Part shown: in pieces, positions 40,303 through 53,400 of the stretch
Position numbering within the stretch: the stretch's first letter is position 1
Layout: each line of letters begins with the position of its first letter
Assembly (NCBI RefSeq): GCF_018350175.1
Contig: NC_058368.1
Span: 176,206,001 to 176,270,000 of the forward strand
Length of the DNA: 64,000 bases
From: Felis catus
Lineage: Eukaryota
Direction: 5' to 3'
Position numbers and translations under genes: made by a program
The notes under the pieces: generated by a model
Told to the model about the DNA's origin: nothing
The model's database searches: none
The model's input: the letters and a program-made list of their open reading frames with translations, nothing else

Positions 40303-41674
40303 CTACAACAGAGTGATTTTAATTTTAGACAAGTTAAAGACTACTCCAAGGCCAATTTATTACACATACACCCCACTCCCGTGCCTAACTTATTATTTTC
40401 AGAATTTTGTATATTTTCTACTTTTTAGTGCATTTAAGAGATTTAATTAGCATTAAATTGTGACCTTAAACTAGGAAAACAATGAAGATGCATTAAAAAC
40501 AGAAAAAGGAATAGTGGCAACTGTTAATAATATCTAACTTCTAAAAACTGAAGTTTATTTAGCCACTAGAATCAGCCTACACTACTTAATGAGTACTTTT
40601 ATTCAGCTATATGACATTTCTTCAAATCTATCTCTAACAACACTCCCTCTTCTAACTCCCCGAGTTAGAAGAGTAGAGAATTCTGGCATCTGTAGTGCAA
40701 CAAGTGCATCCAGGAACGTGATGAAGATAGGAACAGCCAAATATCCAAAAATCCTACTGGTGAGACCAGACACTTGGGCATGAGCTCAGTAACCTTTATC
40801 CTGATACCCCACCCCCTCCTGCCAAAAAAAATCCTGATTCCAGAAAAGGGTACCATTCATTCTGTAATAAAATTAGGGGGGAAAAACTTGGCACCCAGAG
40901 TTGATGATCCTTTTCTCCATCCCCCTTTTCCATTTCAACATCTATATAAATCACTCCAGAGTGAAGTCAGGACTCACACTCCAAAGTGGCCAAACAAGTG
41001 AATGGCCAAACTTTGAAATCTAACTTGGATGAAGGAAGAAGATGGGAAAGAATAAAAATTCTCTCTTTTTTGTCCTTCTGCAAGTTTTTGCTGAAACTTA
41101 AAAAAATTATATTAGCCAATTTGCTTGTATTTCTCTATTCATATAGCTTCTACCTACCACGGACTGGCCTTTTTACACACTCTCCTATCATGTTTTTTCT
41201 TCATTGGCACTTCCCAACCCATTCTTTTCTTTCTCTGATTTTTCCCAACCCTACCAGGCCACATGCTCAAAGTAAGTGTTTTATAGCTCTAAATTCAAGT
41301 ATTCAGTAAAGAGCAAATGAAACTTTGAATGGGGAAGAACTCTAAACGAGTACAGGTAGTCTACTTGGCACAGAGATTGGGGTGGAGACAGGCCCCTAGT
41401 TTTAATATCAACCAGCAAATCCCCTTTCTTTGCTTCTGCTGCCTGCCTCTGAGCCTCTGGACAGTCCCACCAAGTTGCTTATTTTCTGTGTTCAAGGTGT
41501 AATTCTGCCTGGCCCCACATAAAGCCACCTAAGAGTCCCTGCCCTCTCATTATTTCTAGGCTTCTCCTCAGCACTGAACAAACAGAAAGAGGTAAGGGGG
41601 TAAGAACTAACCACTGGAGGGGGACAGGAAGAAGTATGGATGTGCAATGGGGATTAAAAGGGCTTCATGGGGCA

Positions 41675-41882
41675 GGGCACCTGGGTGGCTCAGTCGGTTA
41701 AGCTTCCAACTTCGGCTCAGGTCATGATCTCATGGTTTGTGAGTTCGAGCCCCACGTCGGGCTCTGTGCTGACAGCTCAGGGCCTGGAGCCTGCTTCAGA
41801 TTCTGTGTCTCTGTCTCTCTCTGCCCCGCCCCCACTCACACTCTGTCTCTCTCTCACAAATAAATAAACATTAAAAAAAAAA
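41675..41882 (+). mobile_element. CAN-SINE (felid type)
   Basis: Full body with TSD-like GGGCTTCAT. Confidence 0.9.
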
Positions 41883-41999
41883 GGGGGCTTCATTAGTTTT
41901 TTCAGAAATTGCCTCAAACCAGAGCTAATCAATTCTAAGTAGTTACCATAATATAAATAGATATAATCATTCAGAAATGTTTTCTGGGAGGTGTATGTG

Positions 42000-42002
<3 letters not shown>

Positions 42003-42042
<40 letters not shown>
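42003..42042. repeat. (CA)n microsatellite
   Basis: Directly visible. Confidence 0.95.
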
Positions 42043-42044
<2 letters not shown>

Positions 42045-42500
42045 GAACATAAGTGTGTGTATGAAAGAGAGAAAGGTTGAAATATCTCACCATTTCCTCT
42101 TAACTACTTTTCAATTCAGTAGGCATACATGCAAAGGAACAAACGGGAAACAGGAAGTAGACACGGAGATGAAAGTGGGCTTTTTGTGGCAGACTGATAT
42201 TTTCAGGGGAGTTGGGTTAGCCTCCATAAAGCCAGCAGACCTGTCCCCCTTCTAACCAGCTTTTCATTCACCATGTTTCCCATGTCAAGCTCATTACATT
42301 TCAAAGTGGTAGCAAAGGAGGAAATAGAAGCAATGGAAGGAAGGACATGTATTCAAAACTAGCTGAGGTGGTAGGTAAAATGTCTTAAAGAGAGTGTTTG
42401 TCAAGTTGTGTTAAGATTCAGAGAACTTACAGAATCAATGGTATGGACTTTTCTGCAGTGGGAAAATATAAAACTTTGTACCTACTCTGTTGTAATTTAC

Positions 42501-42509
42501 CTGAGGCAT
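42501..42509 (-). CDS. CREBRF: CREBRF exon 2 coding part (ATG CCT CAG = MPQ)
   Basis: ATGCCTCAG|GTAAAT. Joining all coding exons gives 9+126+1087+195+190+74+123+116 = 1920 nt = 639 aa + stop. Confidence 0.9.
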
Positions 42510-42706
42510 TTCCAAGCCCAGATCCTGTGAGTCCGATGGCAAACTTTTCTTTTTCCTCGTTTGTAAATTCCTTTCCAGCTTTACTTTTAATTTCAAGATC
42601 AAAGACGATTTTCACAATAAATGCCAGGTTTTCCCAGAATGCCTTCAATTTCAATGCTTGGATCACTGCTTTTTTTTTTTTTTTTTTTAAGTAATTCTGT
42701 GTGAAT
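42510..42706 (-). other. CREBRF: CREBRF exon 2, 5' UTR part
   Basis: Probable acceptor TTGCTGTTTGACAG| at 42706, with an alternative AG 10 nt downstream. No AUG before the main start. Confidence 0.7.
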
Positions 42707-43459
42707 CTGTCAAACAGCAACACAAAGTAACTTTACTGAGTGCCATTAAAAACAAGTTGACCTTTCAAAAATGACATTAACAAAGAACATTTTAAAGGAG
42801 TAAGTCTTAGGGTTGCAATTTCAAGAATTTGGTCATTTCTTGGTAGTAACTTTCCTGAAACTCACCATCCCTCTATTTGTTTCTAAAACAGGGTAAGTCA
42901 ATAACCAACTGGCAACATTAAAAAAAAAAACCACCTTGACAAAATTAACTGAGGCCTACCTTTTCCTGTGATTTGAAAGATACCTAATGTTAAATAAAGT
43001 TCCCATTCACTTTATGTTCTGTATGAGAAACGATAATGTCTCAACATTTAATTCCATCTGTTGTGTAATTATTACTGTGAAACCGATCTACATTTTATAT
43101 CTCTTATAAATCTACAAGAGTAACGAATAAATAAAGTCAACAACGGAATTTAACACATCATCCTCTGCATTAAATAAAATCACATTCATAACAGCATATG
43201 CAACATTATTCTTTGAGTTATAAGTGAAAGCTGTCCTTGAAATGAGAATTATTCCAGTAAGTTTTTTATAACTTATTTAACAACATGTTTATCCTGGGGG
43301 GAAACAGGGATTAAGGATTACTCTGCAGAGGGGTTTCAAGGGTTAAATTAAGTAATGATTGCAAATCACCTTGCACAGTGTCTTGACTATGGTGGATTAA
43401 TTCCCTTTTTCCTTCTCTGTGAAGGCCTTAATTATACCCACTTCATCAACTTTTCCTGT

Positions 43460-43645
43460 CAGTGGTTCTCAAAGCATGATCCTAAGACCAGCAGCATCAG
43501 CATCAACTTAGAGATGTGTTAACGAGTGCAAAATTTTGGGCTTCAACCCAGAGCAGCTAAAGCAGAAACTCTGGGAGTGTTTCTTCCAGTTATGTCTTTA
43601 ACCCTCTAGGCAATTCTGATTCTCCCTAAAATTTGAGAACCACAG
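43460..43645. mobile_element. MER5A hAT-Charlie MITE
   Basis: TIRs CAGTGGTTCTCAAA / TTTGAGAACCACAG and internal ACCAGCAGCATCAGCATCA. Confidence 0.85.
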
Positions 43646-44589
43646 CTCTACACTCAACTGTTTGCTCTCATTTCTGCCTAGTTGCAGTATCATTTCTTGG
43701 ATTGATGTAAAGAGCCAATTTAAGCTGAGCTGCTCCATAGTTAACACATCTGGACTAGAGGATTAGAATAGTACATTATATCAATTTCAAAGGCCTCTGC
43801 TGAACAAATAAGAGACTGTCAACAAGGGATTCAACAATTGGTCCACTTTTTAGATTAATAAATTGACAACCATTTGTATTTCCTGGATCTTTGCTGGGCT
43901 CTCCCCTCTGGTGGGCTCTCATTCTTACGCTACTGTTCTAGCCTAGAAAACACCATCAAGTGCCCAGACTGGGCCTAGAAACAGAATTAACATCTCAATA
44001 ATTATGCATCTCAATCCAATGCTACAGTCTAACCAGATTATTCCCTGCTCCTGCCAAAGGCCAGTTCTAGTCCAGCTTCTCCTAATGCAGCCTTCCTTCT
44101 GCCTTGGTCCTACTACTGATACATAATCTCAGTCCAAATTCTTCCCTTGATTCCTGTGAGAAACAGGGTCAAGTTGCCTTTTCTAGACCTATTACTTTAG
44201 ATTCCAAAAAGGAATATGATTCAAATGATGCATTCAACAAACTGGGTTAGTATGGACCTGGGAGACAAGTTTGATACTTTAAACCCTGAAGTTTACCCTT
44301 ACTAAGCAACAGGGCTGAAGAACTCAAGAAAAACTAAGTTCTATTCAACAAATACTGACGTCTATCAAGGACACCAGCTACCAACAACTTGGTTTATCAG
44401 GGAAACACTGGACCAAAAAAGGGCCAAGTTCTAGTCGCAGCTCTCACTTGCAAACTATACAACACTGAGTAGGTCAATCTTTCTAAGCCTCATGTTTCTC
44501 ATTTCTGGAAAGAAAATACTACTACTAAAAATACTAGTTTCCTGGCCACTGAATTCTCCAAGCCACAAAACCATGTACAGATACAAATA

Positions 44590-45073
44590 CAGGTATATCC
44601 CACTTTTTGAAGTTCATGTTATGCCACCTCACTTTTACAAAAGACCTACATCAGTACCAGTTTTTGCTAACTGAAAGAAATCCAGAGCAAACTTTTGTTT
44701 TTATGAAAAAAGGTGAAAATAGTGTTAAGCATTTGTTGGGCCCTTATAGAGGCAGTGGCACACCACAAGCAGAGCAGCGAGAGCAGCCTCACCAGCTCCT
44801 TCCCTGGGAACCACATTCAGCATCTCAGCATCAAGCTGCCACAGCTTGAACAGTGTCTGTGAGCATCTGTGCTTTATCTACATTTATTTTGCGCATGTGT
44901 TAGCAAGAGTATCCTAAGGTTATCAGGAAACCCTAGGAGAGGTTATTTTTCGGGTCTGGGAATGATCAAAATTTTTCCTCATAATTAATGATAATTGCTT
45001 CTCCACCTTATGACATTTCAGCTTACGAAAGGTTTCAGAAGAGCGTTCTAGTTTTGCATAGCAGGAGAAACCT
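44590..45073. mobile_element. Tigger-like TcMar DNA transposon
   Basis: Begins TA-CAGGTATATCCCACTTTT and ends with a degenerate inverted copy (..GCAGGAGAAACCT). Confidence 0.5.
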
Positions 45074-46454
45074 TTTTTTATTTAAAATTTTATTTAAACA
45101 CTGGACATCAAAACTAGGCTGTCAATGCAATTAGCAAAAAGACCACTTGTTTGGAGCACTTGACAGGAGACCTGGATTCCAGTTTTGATCCCATAATTAA
45201 AACTAAACAGTCTTATGACTTTGAACAAGTTATTTAAATTTATGACTGAGCACCCAGACCGAGGAATTACAATTATTCTCCTTTAACTATGTAACAGGAA
45301 TGCTATGAGACTTGAATGAGATATTAAGTTAGGATGTACGAATAAAATAAATCTGAAAGGTGATTATTATCAACAGGTATATTTTGCCAATGCTTTCTTT
45401 TGTTGCACAGTAGTCCATCTCAGAAGCTCAACATTTGTGACAGTTATTGGCAGCAAAGCTGAATGTTTTAAGGACACCAATTCCCAAAGAGAGGGTATCC
45501 ACCATGTAAAGAGTTGAGCACACACTCCTGGAGTAAAGGTCCTTAGGTGCTTCTCCCAGTCTCTCGGGTAGCAGCAAACAGGATGGGTGAAGAGCCAATT
45601 GTACCCCAAGCAGCAGAACCTCTTTTCAGTAATAAACTCTCTCAGTCTCTAAAACTAATGATCCAAGGTCACAATCAATTATCTTCATTCCCAAGGTTTT
45701 CCAAATGCTTCATACCATTCCAAACATTTATTGTGAAACAACTACAACCAACAAAATTCCCCACCGAAAAGTGGAAGGGAAAAAAAAGAATAAAGATTTC
45801 TACACCAATTACCATTGCACAGAATCTTCTGTAACGATACACTGCTCCCAAATCATCTTCTATACTGGGGAGCCATATACAGAGGGTACATTAATGTTTA
45901 GATGAGCAAGTAACAAGAGGAAAAGTGTAACAATGGACTTTTCAGGAGGCCTTCATACTTCTCAAGAATACCCACTATTTTACTCAAAGCTTTGATATTA
46001 AAGTTATGTACTTTAAAAGCAATTAATTTCCCAACGTGTGACCTGAGGAGTATTTGTTCCAGATGATGTTGAATACTCAACAAAAGGGTTATGAGGTTTG
46101 GAAAACACAACGTTAAATAAAACTGTTAATACTACCTTTACGTAGGACTTCTTGAGAACTTTAAGGTGCTAGGTGCTAATGTGCATTATAAATCACCAAT
46201 AGATGAATAGAGCAGATATCATTTCCCAAACTTACTTGATCTTAAAATCCTCTACCCTGCACTCAAGGAGACCTCAAGACTAGAGCTTCTTAAAGACTAG
46301 AGCTTCTTAAACACCACCCTAAAGAAAAGGCTAAATCAATTCCCCTAGTTATGAGTTCCTTTTATTCATAGTTCTGGCTCACCAGTTCCCAATATAGTTT
46401 TGTGGGCTTTTCAAGGGAGAGAAGACTGTCTTCCATCAGAAATATTTGCCAGGA

Positions 46455-46663
46455 GGAGTACCTGGGTGGCTCTGTCAGTTATGCATCTGACTCTTGGTTT
46501 GGGCTCAGGTCATGATCTCATGGTTCATGGGATCATGCCCGGCACTGGGCTCCACATTCACTGCTTGGAGCCTGCTTGGGATTCTCTCTCTCCCTCTCTA
46601 CCCCTCCCTCACTTGTGCTCACTCGCTCCCTCTCTCTCAAAATAAATAAGCTTTTTTTAAAAA
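46455..46663 (+). mobile_element. CAN-SINE
   Basis: SINE body with degenerate TSD AGAAATATTTGCCA / AGAAGCATTCGCCA. Confidence 0.85.
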
Positions 46664-46772
46664 GAAGCATTCGCCAACATTTCCCGTACCTGGGTCTGTT
46701 CAGAACTATTCAACAACATCTTCTAGGCACAGGAAGATGCCGTTAGCAGAAAATTAGCTCTCTGAAGCAATG

Positions 46773-47266
46773 TGATGGGGTCCAGGACAGGCCACCCCAA
46801 AATATGCCACCCTGGTATATTATTTTTAATTAAAGTTACTCAACAAAGAGCCAGTACAAGAAAGATACTCTGACCCTCTTCTGTCCCCCTGAAAGCAGGA
46901 AATAAAGTCTTCATGTGGAAGGTACCCTCCCTGCACCTGGGAGATAGAGGCATACTTATTGCCAGAGATAGGCAATTCAGGGCCAGGAAGGTTGTATAAA
47001 TAAACCTTGTTATCTCTTCATTAATTTGCTATCCCAAGCCCAACCATCTTTGTCTTATCAACTCTTAACAGATTTATTGTTCCTTTGTCTAAAAGGTATA
47101 AAAGCTGCCTGCTTTGGTCACTTCTTTGAATCTCTTACTTCTTTGAGCTCCCATACATATGAAATTAATTTTTTTTCTCCTGTTAATCTGCCTTGTGTCA
47201 ATTTAATTACATAAGACCAGCCAAAGAACCTACAAGGGAAGAAAGAAAAAGTTTCCCTCCCCTACA
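46773..47266 (+). mobile_element. Solo LTR, ERV1 class (MER34-like)
   Basis: TG...CA termini, 4-bp TSD AATG (46769-46772, 47267-47270), GCCACCCCAAAATATGCCAC motif, TATAAAAG at 47097. Confidence 0.85.
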
Positions 47267-47869
47267 AATGAGATGGAGCAAATGACTGATTTATGAGCAT
47301 TTACCACTTTATCGAAGACAACCACAGCTCAGTATCTTTCATAGCCCTTTTTACCAAGTCCTTCCCTAGGTTTTTTCAGTACTCCACTTGAAAATACGTT
47401 GAAGCTTTGAGGCTTACTATGTACATCAGGCAAGACAAAAAGTGAATGTGAAGTAAGATGATAGGTAAGGCCAAAGGACTTTTACAAAAGCTCATCCCTC
47501 GGATTGCTCAAACCACTAATCCAAACTTAAAAAGCCAAACTGAAGAGCTGACTGCAGGGGCCCAGGCAGCTTACACATATCCAAGAGCCCCTAAATTGTG
47601 CCCCTTCTGAACCTGAGGGTTTCACGTGATTCCTGAGAGTCCACATATGTTTAAAAGGCTAAAAATAGAAATGAATTTATAAATGAAAATATCTTATAAA
47701 AAAGCAGATATTATATGTGATGGTCAGAATCCCTAGAGCTCCCCTTTTATGGCACTAACTTAGGTCACTGCTCCCTCTTAGTTAACCCGAGGGAACTGAT
47801 TCCTCACACGTGGGAGGTAGCATTTCTGGGTTATCCAACACTCATCAGAGTAGAGGTCAAAAGCTTTCT

Positions 47870-48200
47870 GACACACCCAGTAGGATGGTTATTACCCAAA
47901 AACCAAAAAATAACAAGTGGAGGATATTGAGGAGGATATGGAAACATTGGAACCCTTGTGTAATTGCTGGTAGGAATGCAAAGTGGTGCAGCTGGGAATC
48001 TCTAGCAGTTCCTCACCAAGTTAAACATGAATTCATACGATCCAGCAATTCCACATCTGGCTATATATCCAAAAGAATTGAAAGCAGGGACTCAAACAGA
48101 TACACATACACCCATTTACACAGCAACATTATTCACAATAGCCAAAAGGTGGGAACAACCCTACCAGCCATCAACAGATGACTGGATAAACAAAATGCGG

Positions 48201-48246
<46 letters not shown>

Positions 48247-48590
48247 ACGTAGTAGTACATACAACAGAACATTATGCAGCCATACGAAGGAATGAAATTC
48301 TAATCATGGATGAACCTTGAAAACATGATGCTAGGTGAAATAAACCAGACCCAAAGGGACAAATATTATATGATTCTACTTATATGAGGTAGCAGGATGG
48401 GCAAATTCATGGAACAGAAAGTGGAATAGAGGTTACCAGAGGCTGGGAGAGTTATTGTTTGATGGGTACAGAGTTTCTATCTAGAATGAGGAAAATGTTC
48501 TGGAAACAGTTACACGAGAATGTCAATGTACTGAATGCCAATGAACTCTACACTTGAAAATGGTTTAAATGGCCAAATTTGTTTTATGAA
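47870..48590 (+). mobile_element. L1MB-type 3' end with an internal (CA)n at ~48203-48244
   Basis: ORF 48027 (YDPAIPHLAIYPKELK...ATLFTIAKRWEQP...WINKM) is the L1 ORF2 C-terminus and is followed by 3' UTR motifs. Confidence 0.9.
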
Positions 48591-49589
48591 AAATACTTAA
48601 AAATTTTTTGAGGTAAGAAATGCCAACACATTTACATTGTTAAGTAATTCACATACCATGGTTTATTTTAATATTCCCTAATCTTTGCTGGTTCGTGCTC
48701 ATCATTTCTTTCATGTGTGCAGAGTTTCTGGGTTCTCTCTGTTATCTTTCAACTGTACTAGATCCACAATTCTAAGATGTGGCTCACTGTCCTGACCCCC
48801 TAATTTAAATAAACCATTTTTCCTGAAGCTTAATCCCCAAGTAAAGATGAAAGAAAGGAAGGAGAGCGGAGGAAAGGGAAGAAGGAAGGAAAGAAGGACC
48901 ACCGACTTGGTAATTTAAGTTTATACAGTGTGTATGTCCCACGGGATTCCCCATGGGACAGTTCATCAGTTTGCCCAAGCTCCTTAGCAGACCAGGACCC
49001 ATGAGCCACATTCCATCCATCCTGCCATACTTCATATGTCCCACTCAACAATTCCTTTTGAAAACTATGCAGTAGAATAGTGAACAAAATAGTTCTATGG
49101 AACAAAACAGTTCTTCAGATGCTAACTGAATCAAGTCACTACCTGTTTCACGGCACAGCAGAAATCAGAGATCCACTAATCTCCAAACCATTAAGGGAGC
49201 ATATACTGCCTATGCAAGGAACACATGGGGCAAATGGTGGTGGCCACATTCTCCCTTTATTATGTAATATAAATCCCATGAACACACTGCAAGTGAACTG
49301 CTATTCTCTACCTTTCAACAGCAGTTCTCTGGACTCCAAAATATAGAAAACAGGTAACACTTCACACTAAATGGTTATACTTTATGTCTGGAATTATTAG
49401 CAAAAGACCCCCATTATTTATTTTCCAAACCTTGCTGCTGCTGGTGTTTAAGGAAAAGAGCAGGGTAAAGAGAGAGAAGACATCTTTTCCCTCATATTGA
49501 GTGAGAAAAGATCATTTTCCTAGCCACGTAGTACCTATCATGGCCCTATATAAGCAGATGTAATCCTCCTACCGTAACACTTTGTGAAC

Positions 49590-49809
49590 TTTTTTAATTT
49601 TTGTTTTTTTAATGTTTATTTATTTTTGAGAGAGACAGAGTACGAGCAGGGGAGGGGCAGAGAGAGACAGAGAGAGACAGAATTCGAAGCAAGCTCCAGG
49701 CTCTGAGCTGTCAGCACACAGCCCAATGTGGGGCTCCAACTCATGGACCGCAAGATCATGACCTGAGCTGAAGTCGGATGCTTAACCAACTGAGCCGCCC
49801 AGGTGCCCC
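49590..49809 (-). mobile_element. CAN-SINE (felid type)
   Basis: Full SINE body on the reverse strand. Confidence 0.9.
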
Positions 49810-50165
49810 ATTTTGTAAACTCTTTATTCCTGGGTAAATCCGATAGTCCCCTTTTATCCTCACATTCAGAGAGTTTTAAAAATATGGATATTTTAATTAA
49901 AATAATTACATTTTACTGAGAATCCTGAGGAGTTAAGAAAAGATACTACATCTCAAAAATGATCTCTCCCTGAAATACAGTTTTGGAGGAAGACACAAGA
50001 CCTCTCAGAATTCTATTCAATTCCTTTCCAAAGGCTCCTGCCCAACTTTAATCTTTGACCTACAGAAACATATGGGAGCTTACTTAAAACCCTTTGGGAT
50101 CCAAAAAGAAAGACCGTTAAAGCAGGTGTCTGGATCGACGTGAGTTAAACAGGAAGAGCTACTTT

Positions 50166-50390
50166 TTATTTCTCTTTTTAATTTTTTTAAATGTTTATTT
50201 TTGCGACAGAGAAGAGACAAAGTGTGAGCAGGGGAGGGGCAGAGAGAGAGGGAGACACAGAATTCACAGCAGGCTCCAGGCTCTGAGCTGTCAGCACAGA
50301 GCCCAACGTGGGGTTTGAACTCATGAACCGTGAGATCATGACCTGAGCCGAAGTTGGATGCTTAACCGACTGAGCCATCCAGGCGCCCCC
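50166..50390 (-). mobile_element. CAN-SINE (felid type)
   Basis: Perfect TSD AGGAAGAGCTACTTT (50151-50165, 50391-50405). Confidence 0.92.
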
Positions 50391-51753
50391 AGGAAGAGCT
50401 ACTTTCTGTTTCTAAAAACTATTAACTACAAGATATTAGGGGCCTTCTGAAGCATTGAAACCTGTCAATTAAGTTGTTCAGAGCACAAGAATAAGAGTAT
50501 GGGACAGTTTTTGACAGAACTAAAGAATGCATTTCTAACCCCAGCCACACTTGGTTACCACTGGCAACAAAATATTCACAAGTTTATACCTGTATCACTG
50601 TTTACAGACAACAGGCACGTTGCTATACCCCGTCATTTGATAAAACAAGTTGGTGAAGTAGTTAGGGTACATATTAACATCACTGCCATGCCCTAACCTC
50701 TGTTCAACCATTTTTACATTAATAAAGAAAGTCCAGCAAGGATAAGGGATTTATCTGAGGTCATTTAGTAAATGCCTCTGTGCAAACCTATCATTATAGA
50801 GACTGTCTCGTTCAGTGCATCTCCAGAAGACTTCCAAATCCACACCTTCAGCCTAAATATGTGAATGCACGAGCCCTACCTTCTGAGAACCAGGTATTTC
50901 CATGTTCATTCACATCCCCTGACCTCAGACACAGCATGTCACCTTCCTATCCAAACATTTCCATTCTGTCAGCAGTACTACCACTCTCAGACATCCAGGC
51001 ATGGAACACTGATCTCAACCCTCTTTTCTTCCTCCTCAAGTCTTTGTTAAATCATGCCAGTTCTCTTAACAAAGATACACGGACAACTTACCTTGTACCC
51101 AGCACACAGGCATCTGTTCATCTTTGCCTTTCCCACTTTCTCAACTCTTACTTGTGCCTCATCGTTTTATATTTACCATTCCAATAGTTGCCCTACAGAC
51201 CTTCCTGCTGCCCTAGAGACCTTCCCCCCCTCTCTCCAGTTCTTATGTCCCACTGTATTTTCTCCCTAAACCACCACTTTGTATTAGCATTGTGCTCAAA
51301 AATTTTCATCAACTCCCAGAAATGTCTTGGATAATGTTCAAAATACTCAGATACAATGAAACTACCTTTCCAATCCCATCTTCCACTACCATTTTATAAC
51401 ACTAATATTAGCTTGATCTTTCAATTCCATCAAACCCTTGAGATACACACAATCTCACTTCACTCCACCAGGAATTTCCAACAGTGAGGCTCTGGCCTTT
51501 TATGCCTTTGCTCATAATGGCTTTTCTCTTCCTCCTCCTCAATCCCTTGTCTCCACTATCAGATCGTAAAATCTTTGAGAACAACCATCTCTATTTCACA
51601 ACAGTGCCAAAAGCAATGCCTTTCCCAGGACAGGCATCCAGACAAGAGCTGACGGACAATGAATGGGAAATCCCCTAAGATCACAGTTCTTTCTGGATAA
51701 GGAGTCAGAGGTGCAACTTTCTTTACATACAAAGAAGTCAGTCATTTAGTATA

Positions 51754-52078
51754 CAATTGACCCTTGGATCATGGGTTTGAACTGTGTGGGTCTACTTATG
51801 CATAAATGTTTTTCAATAAGTACAGTACTGTAAAAGTATGTTCCCTTCTTTATGATTTTAAGAACCTTTTTTTCTCCAGCTTACTTTATTGTAAGAATAC
51901 AGTATATAATATATACAACATACAAAATACGTGTTCATCAATTGTTTATGTTATCGGTAAGGCTTCTTGTCAACAGCAGGCTATTGATAGTTAAATTTTG
52001 GGAGAGTCAAAAGTTACACATGGTTTTCAACTGCATGGGAGGGGAAGGTTAGTGCCTCTGACCCACATGATATTCAAG
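51754..52078. mobile_element. Tigger2a/MER28-like DNA transposon
   Basis: TA-CAATTGACCCTTG..GGGTTTGAACTGTGTGGGTCTACTTAT and internal ACTTTATTGTAAGAATACAGTATATAATA. Confidence 0.8.
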
Positions 52079-53400
52079 ATATATTTATTGATCATCTTTT
52101 ATGTGCTCTGAAGTTATCTAGTAGCAGCTTGTTAATTTCAGTCTTGAATCACTGTAGTGTCATATAATAAAAATATTTAAAATTGTACTCCTGAATTTTC
52201 TTTTAAAAAACCAGGAAAAGCATTATTTGAATTCCAGTCAATTCTGAAGACCAGAGAGAATTCTTCTTTAGTGAGGAGAGGGAAGAGGAAGGAGTAGGAT
52301 TAAATTTTATTTAAACCAACTGAATTAAGGCACTGGACTGATACATGTTACACTGTTCTGTCTCTTCCCACTCCCATTTTTAATTAAAACAAGATATTTT
52401 TGCAGGTTAAACGCTGAAATTTTAAAGAATCCTTTAGTTTTCTGAGCTCTTCAGCAGAACTACAAAGTGTAAAAAGGAACCCGCAGGATTAAAGGTCGTA
52501 GCATAGAAACAGACAGCGGTGTAAGCAAACACGCTTGAACCATCCTGCAAGATTCCAGCAGAATAACCATCACGAGACACGCTGGACATACCCTAACAAC
52601 TTCAGCACTCGTTATCAGCGATCTGGGCTCTTCTTCAAACTTCGTTTCCTCCCTCCTTTCCCAGATTGGACACTTTTCAAAAGTAGCAAAAATATATACA
52701 ACAATCTTGAAATCCTCTTCAAATTCTATTGTGTGAAATGAGCCACACCACTGGCACAAGACTACAGAACAGCAGGTACAGGGGTTATGGGCATAAGGCT
52801 ACAAAGAGGTTGTGAATAGTTTTTTGCAGTCTTTTCTTTCAACACTGAGAAAGGCTGGCTCTTTGGCTCTAGTACTCCAAAGGCTTGCTCTGTGAGAAGC
52901 AAACTCTAGATTCAAAATAAAAGTTTCTGCTTTATGAGTATTTGGAATTTCATTCTAGATTCTTACTTGGCTTCTTTTATTTGTAAATACAAGAATTCCC
53001 CATCTCACTTTGCAGGAATTTTGTGATTCACATTAATATGTGCCCTGTCACAAAACAGATAAATAGCTCCTCAATAAATTGTGGCTATTTTTTATTCTAA
53101 GATTTCTTCCTTGTTATAAAATAATCCTGGGGCGTTGCAGCTACTTAAGGTATAAACCCAAACTCAACTCAGAGTCCTAGATTGTCTAAATTCCACACTT
53201 AATTATCACAAAAACTCAACTGCTTGGCACTAGGATGTATAAGGTACACACAGGCAACACAGGTCATTTAACATCCTTGTCCTGGCTTATGAGGGTCAGT
53301 GTCAATTATGCTGGTTTAATCAGCAAAAGAATCTTTGGATTTACAAAGTAATTCATAAAGCTGCCAGCTAGTCATCTCTGTACACAATAAAGAGCTGGCA

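Noticed and set aside
40097..40450. 117-aa plus-strand ORF
   Set aside because: Antisense shadow of exon 3 that starts in a poly-A run.
46276..46309. Perfect 17-nt tandem duplication AAGACTAGAGCTTCTTA
   Set aside because: Two copies only and no spacers: a simple slippage duplication, not an array.
52460..52759. 99-aa minus-strand ORF in mildly CpG-enriched intron 1 sequence
   Set aside because: Non-ATG start, no recognisable domain, and no convincing splice sites or retrocopy hallmarks.
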